Source: an uncultured Thermoleophilia bacterium (lineage in GTDB: Bacteria; Actinomycetota; Thermoleophilia; UBA2241). Taken from it: a stretch of 64,000 bases of DNA. The stretch spans positions 160,001-224,000 of the forward strand of contig CAVQSP010000020.1 in the NCBI GenBank assembly GCA_963715985.1, written 5' to 3'. Both the position numbers and the translations under genes were made by a program. Shown piece after piece: positions 40,725-51,124 of the stretch. Each line of letters starts with the position of its first letter. Within the stretch, counting starts at the first letter, position 1. The notes beneath the pieces were generated by a model that was not told the DNA's origin, made no database searches, and was given only the letters and a program-made list of their open reading frames with translations.

Positions 40725-41306
40725 TCAGGCGTTGAGCTTCTTGAGCGCCCAAGCCATGGTGCGACCCAGGTCCTCCATGTTGGCGATGCCCTCGGCGTCG
40801 TCTTCCACGTCGCCGGCGCCGAGACCGTACCCCATGTTCCAGTACGTGGAGCCGATCACGATCATGCCGCCGATCTGGAACCAGTGGTTGATGCTGTCGA
40901 AGGCGTGGATGGCGCCGCCGCGCCGCGCCGCGACCACGGCCGCCCCCACCTTGCGCTTGAGCGCCTCGCCGCCGCTCTTGCGCGTGGCGTACCCGGCGCG
41001 CTCCATCAGCGCCTGCGTGTTCGCCGTGCAGTTGGCGTAGTACGTCGGCGAGCCGATGAGGATGCCGTCCGCCTCGACCATCTTGGCGATGCAGGCGTTG
41101 AGGCCATCGTCCTTCTGCCCCGGGCAGGTGTTGTCCTGGGTCTCGCCGCACTTGAGGCAGGCGATGCAGCCGCGGAAGCGCTTGTTGTAGAGCTGGACGA
41201 GCTCGGTCTCGATGCCCTCGGCCTCCAGCTCGGCGAGCACGCGGCGCAGCAGGATGGCGGTGTTGCCGTCCTTGCGCGCGCTGCCGTTGAACGCGACGAC
41301 CTTCAT
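40725..41306 (-). CDS. Iron-sulfur flavoprotein (Isf)/flavodoxin family
   Basis: NGSARKDGNT, CIACLKC-x7-C, GSPTY, RRGG, GSTYW. Confidence 0.88.
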   Translation of the reverse strand: MKVVAFNGSARKDGNTAILLRRVLAELEAEGIETELVQLYNKRFRGCIACLKCGETQDNTCPGQKDDGLNACIAKMVEADGILIGSPTYYANCTANTQALMERAGYATRKSGGEALKRKVGAAVVAARRGGAIHAFDSINHWFQIGGMIVIGSTYWNMGYGLGAGDVEDDAEGIANMEDLGRTMAWALKKLNA

Positions 41307-41350
41307 GTGACCCCCGTCTCCCCTCGATGAGCCCGCCCGGCGGGCCCGCG

Positions 41351-41932
41351 TCAGACGACCTCGAGCGCCGCGGCCAGGTCGCCGAGGTGGCGCTTGGACT
41401 CGCGCAGCGTACACGCCACGCCGGGCAGCGGGAACGCGAACACGCGGCGCCCGAACGTGCGCATGAGGTCGTCATTGAACCCGTACTCGCTCTTGTGGTC
41501 CCAGCCGAAGGAGTACTTGAGCACCTTGTCCAGAGCGCCCTTGTACACGAACGTGAGGATGCGCGGCCGCGTGGCGGTGATGACTCCGGAGACGCGCTCC
41601 CAGCCTTCCACGTACTCGCGTTCAGTGGGTTCGTCGCCGAACGGCCGCGGCACCTTGCACAGGTCGGTCATGCCGAAGCCGTTGGCCAGCAGCAGGTCGT
41701 CACCGAACTCCCCGGGGGCGGCGCGCAGCAGGCCGTACTCGTCGAGGCGCTTCCACAACCCCTTGCCCATGCGGCCCTGGTAGTAGTGACCTGCCTCCAC
41801 GCTGGCCGGCGAGGGCGTCTTGCCGATGAACAGCACACGCAGCGGGCCGCGTGCCGGCAGGATGTCGCCGAGGGTGACCACCGTGCGTCCGTCCAGCTCC
41901 ATCTCCACGCTGTGATCCACCGTACTCCTCAT
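41351..41932 (-). CDS. Uracil-DNA glycosylase superfamily protein (Mug/TDG-like)
   Basis: TLGDIL..LRVLFIGKTPS..SVEAGHYY, FGMTDL, PRILTFV.K. Confidence 0.7.
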   Translation of the reverse strand: MRSTVDHSVEMELDGRTVVTLGDILPARGPLRVLFIGKTPSPASVEAGHYYQGRMGKGLWKRLDEYGLLRAAPGEFGDDLLLANGFGMTDLCKVPRPFGDEPTEREYVEGWERVSGVITATRPRILTFVYKGALDKVLKYSFGWDHKSEYGFNDDLMRTFGRRVFAFPLPGVACTLRESKRHLGDLAAALEVV

Positions 41933-43314
41933 TCGCAGCTCAGCCGGTGCGCGACGCGCACGAGGGCCAGGGTGTCAAGACCGCAGTACTCCAGCAGTGC
42001 GGCGCGCACCTCCGCGCGCCGCTCCGGCGTTGTGCCCGGGGCGATGGCCTCGTGAAACGCCGCCTGCGCCGAGAGCCCGTCCTGGACGTCGCCGAGCTGG
42101 GCGTGGTCGAGGTCGGCGTCCACGGTGGGCAGCACCACCTTGAGCGAGTAGGAGCCGTTGAGCGCCGGGTGCGTGTAGTGGTCGCGCGTCAGGCGCAGCA
42201 GGTCGACGAGCCGTCCGGTGATGCCCTCCAGCTGCGGCGAGAGGTCCGGGAACATGCGCGCCGTCTCCACCAGGCGCCACTTCTCGAAGTCGTGATACAC
42301 GAAGATGGGCCCGTCGTCGCCGAGCGCAGCGATGAGCGACTCTGCCGCCGCCCGCATCGGCGCGGCGCCGCTCGTGTCCAGGAACTCCTGGTGCCTGAGG
42401 GACCCGTCCGCGTCCTCGCTGTGGCACGACCACTGGAAGACGAGCTGCTGGAAGGGGCTCGTGCCCTCCCAGATCGGCACTGCGAACTGCACGGTCTCGA
42501 AATCCAGGTAGTGGCGCGGGTAGGGCATCGTGGCGAGGAACTCCGTGGCCGCCGGATCGAGCTCGCCCAGCGAGATGTCGATGGGCTCGGGCTCGCAGGG
42601 CTCCGCCAGCTCGAGCTCGCCCTCGGCGGCGCAGCGCAGCTTGCCCTCCTGTTCCTCGCAGTAGCGGAGGAACGGGCACTCGAAGGGGCGACGGCACTGC
42701 GGCCCCGTGCGGATGGCCGGCTGCGGCCCCGCGAGAAGCTCGTTGAACCCGCGCACCCAGCCGGGGATGTGCGCCATGAGCGGCCGCGCCTGGTCCGCCA
42801 CGGGGATCTCGCGCAGCAGGCCACGGTAGTCACCGCCGCCGGGATAGACGAAGTCGGTGTCGATGACCGCCACGCTCACCACGTCGAGGGGCACGCCGGC
42901 TCCCTCCGTGACCCACGCCTGGATGGCGACGTCCTGCAGGTGATACTCCTTGAGGCGCGTGGCCGACTTGACCTCCACCATGCGGCAGCGGCCGTCCTTG
43001 CGCTCCAGCACGTCCGCGCGGATCAGGACACCGCGGTGGCGGAAGGTGGCCTCATACAGCGTGACGTCGCCCGGCCGCGCCAGCACCTCCTCGGTCTCCC
43101 GCAGAGCCCGGCTGAGGCCGCCGTCGCCGTCGATGAGGATCCCGCCCGGGTAGAGGTCGCGAGCCACCTCGCCCACCTCGTGGCCGGCGGCGAAGCGCCG
43201 CTGCGTGTCCGCGGTGTACACCTCGGCCTCGGGGCGATGGATGGCCAGCCACAGACGCTTGCCGCATTGCAGGCCGGCGGTGATGCGGGACTTGGAGAGT
43301 CGGAAGGTACGCAC
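41929..43314 (-). CDS. DUF2779 protein: Cas4/RecB-like nuclease plus RNase H-fold exonuclease domain
   Basis: LSKS..QCGKRLWL, ADVL..VEVKS, QC..PFECPF..YC, LDFET, YSLK.VLP, YCGLDT; TAGAAT-N7-GTG. Confidence 0.82.
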   Translation of the reverse strand: MRTFRLSKSRITAGLQCGKRLWLAIHRPEAEVYTADTQRRFAAGHEVGEVARDLYPGGILIDGDGGLSRALRETEEVLARPGDVTLYEATFRHRGVLIRADVLERKDGRCRMVEVKSATRLKEYHLQDVAIQAWVTEGAGVPLDVVSVAVIDTDFVYPGGGDYRGLLREIPVADQARPLMAHIPGWVRGFNELLAGPQPAIRTGPQCRRPFECPFLRYCEEQEGKLRCAAEGELELAEPCEPEPIDISLGELDPAATEFLATMPYPRHYLDFETVQFAVPIWEGTSPFQQLVFQWSCHSEDADGSLRHQEFLDTSGAAPMRAAAESLIAALGDDGPIFVYHDFEKWRLVETARMFPDLSPQLEGITGRLVDLLRLTRDHYTHPALNGSYSLKVVLPTVDADLDHAQLGDVQDGLSAQAAFHEAIAPGTTPERRAEVRAALLEYCGLDTLALVRVAHRLSCE

Positions 43315-43409
43315 TCCGTGCATTCTACCTTGCCGGAGGCTCGCGGGCCTCCGGCGAGCCCGGAAGACAGGCGAAGGCGCCGTCCGGGCGCTGTGGTAGG
43401 GTCGCCGCC

Positions 43410-44600
43410 ATGAGGCTTATCCACACGGCGGACTGGCATCTCGGCCGGCTCTTCCACAACGTCCACCTGACCGCCGACCAGGAGCACGTGCTCCTCCAGC
43501 TCGTGGACCTGGTGGCAGAGGTCGAGCCGGCCGCCGTCATCGTCGCCGGCGACCTGTACGACCGCGCGGTGCCCCCCACGGAGGCCGTGGGGCTGCTGGA
43601 CCACGTGCTCGCCGAGATCGTGATCGGCAAGCACGTGCCCGTGGTGGCCATCGCCGGCAACCACGACAGCGCCGTGCGCGTCGGCTTCGCGTCGGCGCTG
43701 CTCCGCGAACGCGGCCTGCACTTGGCCGGCGAGCTGCCGCAGGCGGCCTCGCCGGTGGTGCTGCGCGACGAGCACGGCCCGCTCCACCTTCACTCCCTGC
43801 CCTACGCCGACGCCGCCGAAGCGCGCTTCGCCTACGGCGACGACACCATCCACGACCAGGAGGCCGTCGCCGCAGCCGGTGTCGCGAGGGCGCTCGCGGC
43901 CACGCCGCCCGGCGAGCGGCGCGTGGCCGTGGCGCACGCCTTCGTGGCCGGCTCAGTGGAGAGCGAGAGCGAGCGCCCGCTCAGCGTGGGCGGCGCCACC
44001 CAGGTGCCGGCGGCCGTCTTCGACGGCTTCGACTACGTGGCGCTCGGGCACTTGCACCGCCCGCAGCGCTGCGGCGCCGACGCCGTGCGGTACGCCGGCT
44101 CGCTGCTCAAGTACTCCTTCGCCGAGCACGACCACCACAAGTCGGTGAGCGTGGTGGACATCGGCGCACCCGGCAGCGCCGGCGGTGAGGCGGGGGCCGC
44201 GGGCCGCGCCCGTGTCACGGTCGAGACGGTGGAGCTCGCCCCTCTTCGCGACGTGCGCCGGTTGCAGGGCACGCTCGACCAGCTCATCGCGCAGGGGCGT
44301 GACGACCCTCGCCGTGACGACTACGTGCAGGCCTCGCTGCTCGACCGCGGCGCCCTGCTCGACCCCATCGGGCGCCTGCGCGAGGCCTACCCCAACACGC
44401 TCGCCATCGAACGCCCCCTCTACGAGGTCGCCGGCCCCGAGGGCGAGCGGCGGCCACGCCCGGGCTCCGCGGGCGACGTCGAGCTCTTCGACGCCTTCCT
44501 CAGCTACGCCACCGGGGAGCCTCTGGACGGCGCCCAGGCCGCGGCGTTCACGCGCGTCGTGGACGCGCTAGAGCGCCGCCGGCGGGAGGGCGCCCCGTGA
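43410..44600 (+). CDS. sbcD: Exonuclease SbcCD subunit D (Mre11-like)
   Basis: HTADWHLG, AGDLYD, AGNHDS, ALGHLH, YAGSLLKYSF; TAGGGT-N7-ATG. Confidence 0.93.
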   Translation: MRLIHTADWHLGRLFHNVHLTADQEHVLLQLVDLVAEVEPAAVIVAGDLYDRAVPPTEAVGLLDHVLAEIVIGKHVPVVAIAGNHDSAVRVGFASALLRERGLHLAGELPQAASPVVLRDEHGPLHLHSLPYADAAEARFAYGDDTIHDQEAVAAAGVARALAATPPGERRVAVAHAFVAGSVESESERPLSVGGATQVPAAVFDGFDYVALGHLHRPQRCGADAVRYAGSLLKYSFAEHDHHKSVSVVDIGAPGSAGGEAGAAGRARVTVETVELAPLRDVRRLQGTLDQLIAQGRDDPRRDDYVQASLLDRGALLDPIGRLREAYPNTLAIERPLYEVAGPEGERRPRPGSAGDVELFDAFLSYATGEPLDGAQAAAFTRVVDALERRRREGAP

Positions 44601-47327
44601 GGCCCCTCCGCGTCGCCATGGAGGCGTTCGGCCCCTACGCCGGCCGGCAGGTCCTCGACTTCGCCGACCTGCACGGCCGCGGCTTCTTCCTCATCACCGG
44701 GACCACCGGCTCCGGCAAGACCACCGTGCTCGACGCCATGTCGTTCGCGCTGTACGGCGTCACCAGCGGCGGCCCTGAGAGCGAGGGCGGCCGCTCCGGC
44801 GCGTCCATGCGCAGCGACCACGCCGACCCGGGCCTGCTCACGCGCGTGGTCTTCGACTTCGCCCTCGGCGCCGACCTGTACCGCATCGTCCGGGAGCCCG
44901 AGCAGGAGCGTCCCAAGGCGCGCGGCGAGGGCACCACCACTCATGGGCAGACCGCCACCATCTGGCGGCTGCGCCGCGCCGGACCAGACGGGGACGGGCC
45001 GGGCGGCGGTCCCGGGGGGACAGACGCCAACGGGCCGGGCGGCAGCCACGGCGGCGGCGCGCAGGCCGCCGCCGGTCCCGAGGACGGCGGCACGCTCGCC
45101 GAGGAGGGCAAGCCCCTCGCCACCGGCTGGACGAGGGTGAGCGCAGAGGCGGAGCGGCTGCTGGGCTTTCGCAGCGAGCAGTTCCGCCAGGTCGTCATGC
45201 TGCCGCAGGGACGCTTCCAGAAGCTCCTCGAAGCGGACTCGAAGGAGCGCGAAGCCATCCTGCGCGCCCTCTTCGACACCGGCCACTACAGCCTCATCGA
45301 GCAGACGCTCAAGGACGAGGCGGCCACACTGCGCAAGGCCGCCGAGAAGATCGGCATCCGGCGACAGGAGATCCTGCACCAATCCGGAGCCGAGACGGTC
45401 GACGGCCTCGCGGAGCGCCGCGCGCTGCTGGCCGTGGAGGCCGGCGAGGCCGACGCCGGCGCGCTGCGCGCGGAGGCGGCGCGGGACCGCGCTCAGGCGG
45501 AGCTGGCCGGCGGGCGCGATGCGGCGGCGCGGCTTGCGGAGCTGGACGGAGCCACGGCTGCGGCGGCGGCAGTCCACGCCGGCGCCGGCGCCGTGGCCGA
45601 ACAGCGGCGCCGGCGCGACGAGGCCGAGCGCGCGGCCGCGCTCTCCGACGCGTACCGGCGCGCCGCCACCGCCAGGTCGCGCCTCACCGAGCGTCGCGCC
45701 ACCTCCGTCGCCGCCCAGGCCGACCATGCGGCTCGCGCCGAGGCGCTGCGGGTCGCCGTGGCCGCCCTGGCCCGGCAGGAGGAGCGCGCGCCCGAGCGCG
45801 AGGCGGTCGATGCGGACGTGCTGCGGCTCAAGAGCATGGTGGGCGCCACCGCCGGCCTGGCAGAGGCGCGCGCAGCTGCCCGACGGACGGAAGCCCGCCT
45901 GGCGACGGCGCGCGACGACGCCGGCGCCGCCGATGCGGCTTGGCGCCAGGCACAGCACGAGGCCGAGCGCGCCGACGCCCTGTTGCGCGAGGCTCACGCC
46001 GGACTGCTGGCACACGAGCTCCGCGACGGTGAGCCCTGCCCGGTCTGCGGCGCCCGCGAGCATCCGGCGCCTGCCGCCCTGCCGGCGGAGACGCCCGCGG
46101 CCGCTGAGGTCGAGGCGTTGCGCGGCCGCGCCGACGAGCTCCTGCGGGCGCGAGACGCGGCCGCAGCCGTGCTGCACGCGGCGGAGGCGGAGCTGGCCGC
46201 GGAGACCGCCAGAGTGGCCGAGCGAGAGAAGGCCGCGCCGCCGGAGTTCGCCGATCCCGCGGCGCTGGCGGCGGCCGTCGCTAGCCGCGGAGCAGCGCGC
46301 GGCGTCCCTCGCGGTCGAGCACCGCGCCGCGGCCGACGCGGCCCGCACCGCGGAGGCGGCCGCCGCCGCGGCCGAGTCGTGGGCGGCGTCCGCGGCGGAC
46401 GAGCTCGCGCGAGCGGAGGCAGAGGAGGCTGAGGCCACGGCCGAGTTCGCCACGCGCCTCTCCGGCGCCGGCTTCGACGACGAAGCCGCGCTCACCGCGG
46501 CCACCCTGGAGCCAGACGAGATCCGGCGCCTGCGTGCCGCCGTGGAGGCACACGAGCAGGCCAGCATCGAGACCGCCGAACGGCTGCGCCTCGCGACCGC
46601 CGCCGCCGCGGGTGTCACGGCCCCGCATCTGGACGCGCTCATTGCGGCCGCCGAGACGGCGGCGGAGACCGCGCGGGTGCAGCGCACCTCCGCCGCCGGA
46701 CTCGCCGCCGACGCCGACGCGGCCACGCGCTTCCTCGACAGCCTCGAGACGCTCGCCGGCGAGGCCCAGTCGCTCGACGAGCGCTACGCCGTGCTCGGTC
46801 GCCTCGCCGACGTGGCCAACGGCGCCAATCCGCGCCACCTCTCGTTTCAGCGCTACGTGCTGGGCGCCTTCCTCGACGACGTGCTGGTGGCCGCATCGCA
46901 GCGCCTCCACGTCATGACCAAAGGCCGCTATCGCCTCGAACGCACCGAACGCCGCTTCGGCGGCAGGGCGGCGGCCGGGCTGAACCTCGAGGTCTACGAC
47001 GCCTGGACAGGGGCAACCCGCCCCGTCTCCACGCTCTCCGGCGGCGAGACGTTCATGGCTGCGCTGTCGCTGGCCCTGGGGCTGGCCGAGGTCGTCCAGG
47101 CCCACGCCGGCGGCATCCGCCTCGAGACGGTGTTCGTCGACGAGGGCTTCGGATCTCTCGACGACGAGTCCCTGGACCTCGCCGTGGACACACTCATGAG
47201 CCTGCACGAGGGCGGACGGCTGGTCGGCATCATCTCGCACGTCAGCGAGCTGCGGGAGCGCGTGGACGCGCGGCTCGAGGTCACCGCCGGCAAGCGCGGC
47301 AGCTCCGCGCGCTTCGTCGTGCCCTGA
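44597..47327 (+). CDS. sbcC: Exonuclease SbcCD subunit C (Rad50-like), +1 frameshift near 46283
   Basis: GTTGSGKT and LPQGRF Q-loop, then CPVCG zinc hook, in one frame; LSGGE and FVDEGFGSLD in the next frame. Confidence 0.88.
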
Positions 47328-47362
47328 CCTTCACGGCGCCCCTTGCGGGGCGCCTCCGCCTC

Positions 47363-47660
47363 TCAGCGCTTCACGGCGATGACTGGCGACGCCGTCGGCC
47401 CCGACAGGACGCTGCTTGAGGTCCTGCGTGGCCCCCTCGGTGATCCAGACCACGTGCGGCACGCCTGTGGGATCGCGAGCCACGCGCGGCTGCACGAGCA
47501 GCGAGCCGACGGGGCCGCTGAGGTCGGTCCAGACGCCGGGTCCGCCGGCGCGCGCCGCGGGCGCCGCGGTGACGAGCGCCAGGAGCGCCGCAAGCACCAG
47601 CGCGATGGATGCCGCCACGAGGTCGAGGGGACGGATGCCATGCGCACCTCTGCTGCTCAT
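47363..47660 (-). pseudogene. Secreted protein remnant, probably internally deleted
   Basis: RBS GGAGGAG, signal peptide ending ARA, repeat-like ..VARDPTGVPHVVW.., then an abrupt junction near 47385 to VIAVKR-stop in another frame. Confidence 0.45.
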
Positions 47661-47795
47661 GGCTCTCCTCTCCGAAAGTGGAACGCCGGCCCCGGCGCCA
47701 GCTGAGCGTTCGTGCCCCCGGCCGGCGCAGACCTCAACCTCACGCCACCGGCGGCGTAGAATCGGCTCGTCCGCACCGCCGACCCAGGAGATCAC

Positions 47796-48539
47796 ATGGC
47801 CGCGAGCGCCGTCCCGGACCCCACCGCCCTCGTCAGCGCGCTCGACCTGCGCACGCCTCTCATCGGCCTGTACGACGCGCCCGACCCCGACGCCTTCGCG
47901 CCACTCGTCACCCCCGCCAAGGGGGCGCGTCGCGGCCAGTGCCTGTTCCACTTCTACCGGCGCTGGGAGAAGGGCGAGACGCTGCACCTCACGGCCGACA
48001 ACTTCGGCTGTGGCGGCTGCGGGCGCAGCCTGTTCGGCGTGATGTTCAGGGACCGCGACGACTTCATCGACTTCCTGTGGAAGGACGAGGGCCTGCGCGC
48101 GACCCGTGAGCTGATGGCCACCTACGTGGACAACGCGCCGACGTACCGGCCCACCCACCCGCACGTGCTCGTGGGACCGCTGCGCGACGACCACGCCGAC
48201 TGCCTCAAGACGGTCACGTTCTGGGTGAACGCGGACCAGCTGAGCGTGCTCCAGCACGGCGCCTACCACCACCAGGCCTGGGGCGACCCCGACCCCGTCA
48301 CCGTCCCCTTCGGGTCGGGCTGCTCGGAGCTCGTGGTGCCCTTCCGCGACCTCGACCGGCCGCAGGCCGTGATCGGCGGCACGGACGTGGCGATGCGCGA
48401 CGGCCTGCCGGCGGGCGTGCTGGCCTTCACCGTCACCGTGCCCATGTTCGCCCAGCTCTGTGCGCTGGGTGCGGACAGCTTCCTCGGCAAGGGCTTCCTG
48501 AAGCACTTGCGCACGGCGCGGGGCGGATCACTCGGCTGA
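47796..48539 (+). CDS. DUF169 family protein
   Basis: FGCGGC, VTFWVNADQLS.L, PFGSGC, AVIGGTDVAMR; RBS AGGAG. Confidence 0.72.
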   Translation: MAASAVPDPTALVSALDLRTPLIGLYDAPDPDAFAPLVTPAKGARRGQCLFHFYRRWEKGETLHLTADNFGCGGCGRSLFGVMFRDRDDFIDFLWKDEGLRATRELMATYVDNAPTYRPTHPHVLVGPLRDDHADCLKTVTFWVNADQLSVLQHGAYHHQAWGDPDPVTVPFGSGCSELVVPFRDLDRPQAVIGGTDVAMRDGLPAGVLAFTVTVPMFAQLCALGADSFLGKGFLKHLRTARGGSLG

Positions 48540-48624
48540 GACGCGGCGGGTGTGGGGCCTCCGCCGAGCGCGGGGCCCTCCGCCGGACGCTGGCCGCGTC
48601 CCCGCACTCCGATAGAATCGCGCC

Positions 48625-48921
48625 ATGACGCGCCGCGAAGCCCTCCGCCGCCTGGCCCGCAACCGTGACAAGCTGCGCACGCTGGCCGTGCGGCACATCG
48701 CCGTCTTCGGCTCCACGGCCCGCGACCAGGCCACGGTGCACTCGGACGTGGACATCCTCGTGGAGTTCGAGCCGGGGGCGCACGTGGGTCTCTTCGCCTT
48801 CGTGCGCCTGCTCGACTACCTGGGCGACATCATGGACACGCGCATCGACCTCGCGACACCCGATGCGCTCCGCCCCGAGATGCGCGACGAGATCCTCAGC
48901 GAGGCCGTCCGTGCCTTCTGA
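48625..48921 (+). CDS. mntA: Minimal nucleotidyltransferase antitoxin (MntA-like)
   Basis: VFGSTARDQATVHSDVDILVEF (GS-x10-DxD); TAGAAT-N6-ATG. Confidence 0.9.
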   Translation: MTRREALRRLARNRDKLRTLAVRHIAVFGSTARDQATVHSDVDILVEFEPGAHVGLFAFVRLLDYLGDIMDTRIDLATPDALRPEMRDEILSEAVRAF

Positions 48922-48975
48922 CCCGCCCGGCTCTCGCGACCGCCGCAGCCCGGCTACCTCGAGCGCGAGGCCAAG

Positions 48976-49314
48976 CTGCGCTTTCGCGACTGGCGCTTCC
49001 GCGTACGCGATATCCTCGCGGCCGTCGAGGCCGTGGGCCGCTACACCGACGGCATGACCTACGACCAGTTCGTCGCCGACCAGCGTACGGCCGACGCCGT
49101 GGTCCGCAACCTCATGACGATGGGCGAGTCCATCCGCTGGATCCCGGAGCCCATCCTGGACGCACACCCGGAGGTGCCCTGGCGCATCATGCGCGCCGTG
49201 CGCAACGTGGTGGTGCACGAGTACTTCGGCATCGACGCGCACATCCTGTGGGAGACGGTGCGCGGGGACCTGCCCCCGCTCGTGCCGCGGCTCGAGGCCG
49301 TCCTCACATCGTGA
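48976..49314 (+). CDS. hepT: HEPN toxin HepT (DUF86); start non-canonical or uncertain
   Basis: RDWRFRVRDIL N-terminus, DAVVRNL..MGE, VPW, RNVVVHEY (RX4HXY). Confidence 0.85.
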   Translation: MRFRDWRFRVRDILAAVEAVGRYTDGMTYDQFVADQRTADAVVRNLMTMGESIRWIPEPILDAHPEVPWRIMRAVRNVVVHEYFGIDAHILWETVRGDLPPLVPRLEAVLTS

Positions 49315-49368
49315 CGCAGGTGCGGCAGGGCGGCCCGTCGCCGGGCCGCCCTGCCGCACCTCTGCCTG

Positions 49369-49995
49369 CTACTGCAGCCTGAAGTCGAGGTCCGCGTCGG
49401 AGAACAGCGTGGTCGCGTCCAGCGTCACGCCCAGCGCGTTCTGCACGGCGAGCACCCCCGCCGCCGTCAGTTTGAACTGGATGCCGTCGATGCTGACCGC
49501 CTTGCCCTGCTTGCTGAACGCGGGCGAGCTGGTCGAGGTCATGACGTCGGCACGCGTCACCGGAGCGTTGCCCACGGCGGCGCTGAGCACTATCGACGAG
49601 GGGCCGTTCACCACGACCCTCAGTCCGGTCAGGCGCAGCGTGGTGTTGTTGGCCACGTTGACGAAGCGGATGCCGCCCTTGTGGACGAAGGTGCCCTTCT
49701 TGGCCGCGAAGTCGAAGGTGCCGCCCTTGTCCATGGGCACGTTGAACCACCAGCTCAGGGCGTTCTCCCACACGAAGCGGAACGAGACCGGCGCGATGTT
49801 CACCATCGCGACGTTCTGGACGGTGAGCGCGGACACGCGCGCCTTGGGGATGCTGAGATGAGTGTCTCCACTCACGACCTTCTGCGCCTTGGCCGACGCC
49901 GGTCCGGCGGCCAGGGCCATGACCAGGACCATCAACGCCGCCAGCACGACGACCACGGTCACCGTCTTCTCAGGTCCCACACGTGACCCACCCAT
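49369..49995 (-). CDS. Secreted beta-rich protein (possibly HtaA-like fold)
   Basis: RBS AGGAGG, signal peptide, GTFVHKGGIRF motif. Confidence 0.6.
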   Translation of the reverse strand: MGGSRVGPEKTVTVVVVLAALMVLVMALAAGPASAKAQKVVSGDTHLSIPKARVSALTVQNVAMVNIAPVSFRFVWENALSWWFNVPMDKGGTFDFAAKKGTFVHKGGIRFVNVANNTTLRLTGLRVVVNGPSSIVLSAAVGNAPVTRADVMTSTSSPAFSKQGKAVSIDGIQFKLTAAGVLAVQNALGVTLDATTLFSDADLDFRLQ

Positions 49996-50116
49996 ACCAG
50001 TACCTCCTGTCCCACGATGGACGTTCAAGACCAGGACCGCGGCGCCCGCCCGGCCAGCGGCGTATAGAATCGCACACATCCGCGGCGTACGGCCCGCGGA
50101 GCCCGAGGAGACCCGC

Positions 50117-51088
50117 GTGCAACCAGTCGCTCACGAACAGGTCCAGTATGCCACGCTCGGCTGGCGCGCGGTCGCGGTGATCATCGACACCCTCATCGTG
50201 CTCGTGGTGTCCTCCATCGTGATCGCCGTGCTGATGGCCACCGGCGTGCTGGACCTGGGCCTCTCGCAGGCGGCCACGCTCGAAGACATCGTCAACGCCA
50301 GCCGTTCGGCACCCGGCTGGCTCATGCCGGTGGAGTACGCGCTGGTCTTCGCCTACTTCACCCTGTTCGAGCTCTTCGGCACGACGCCGGGCAAGCGCGC
50401 GTTCCGGATGACGGTGTTGCGCGACGACGGCACGCGCGCCTCGCCCACGGCCGTGGTGGTCCGCAACCTCGTGCGCATCCCGGAGATGTACCTGCTCTAC
50501 CTGCCGTCGGCGGTGTCCTGCCTCGTCAGTCGGCGGCGGAAGCGCCTCGGCGACTTCGCGGCCCGCACCGTGGTGATGCGCAGCGCCCGCGTCCCTGCGG
50601 CCGGCCGCAGGCCGGGCGCCAGGGCCGCGTACCCGCAGCCACAGGCTGCGCCGACGGCCGCGGTGGCCGCGGTGGTGACCACACAGCCCGCCGGTCCCGC
50701 GAGCCTGGACGACGCCCTTGCGACCCTCAAGACGGCGGCCCTCGCGATGCACGGCGCCCACCTGAACTACCTCCGCTTCTCCGAGATCGAGCTGGCGCGC
50801 ACCGAGCCCGACCGCGCGCCGCACCCGGGCGAAGGCGAGGCCGCCTTCTCCCCCGGCTACGCCGCCGCCTGGTACACGCTCGCGGATGCCGTCGTCGCCC
50901 TCCGGCAGGCACACGCCGTCGCGCAGGCGGCAGCCGCTCACGCCGGCCTCGACCTGGCGACGGCCTGCGCCGACCAGCCCGACCTGGTCTACCTGTTCCA
51001 CCAGCTCGAGCCATACTTCGCGGCCGGGTCCGACGAGGACGTCCACGAGGCGTACCTGCGAGTGGCCCGCGCCGAGAGCGCGGGCTGA
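50117..51088 (+). CDS. RDD-family membrane protein with an extra helical C-terminal domain
   Basis: ATLGWRAVAVIID, TPGKR, RN.VR, KRLGDFAARTVV. Confidence 0.82.
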   Translation: MQPVAHEQVQYATLGWRAVAVIIDTLIVLVVSSIVIAVLMATGVLDLGLSQAATLEDIVNASRSAPGWLMPVEYALVFAYFTLFELFGTTPGKRAFRMTVLRDDGTRASPTAVVVRNLVRIPEMYLLYLPSAVSCLVSRRRKRLGDFAARTVVMRSARVPAAGRRPGARAAYPQPQAAPTAAVAAVVTTQPAGPASLDDALATLKTAALAMHGAHLNYLRFSEIELARTEPDRAPHPGEGEAAFSPGYAAAWYTLADAVVALRQAHAVAQAAAAHAGLDLATACADQPDLVYLFHQLEPYFAAGSDEDVHEAYLRVARAESAG

Positions 51089-51124
51089 TCGCGGAGCCCG
51101 CCGCCGCCAGACCCCCGAACAGAC

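Noticed and set aside
41929-43314. Cas4-like domain suggesting a CRISPR-Cas locus
   Set aside because: No repeat-spacer array or other cas genes were seen in the window.
44975-45090. Gly/Pro-rich insertion in the SbcC head as an intein or mobile insert
   Set aside because: A low-complexity loop of about 38 aa with no intein terminal residues or flanking repeats.
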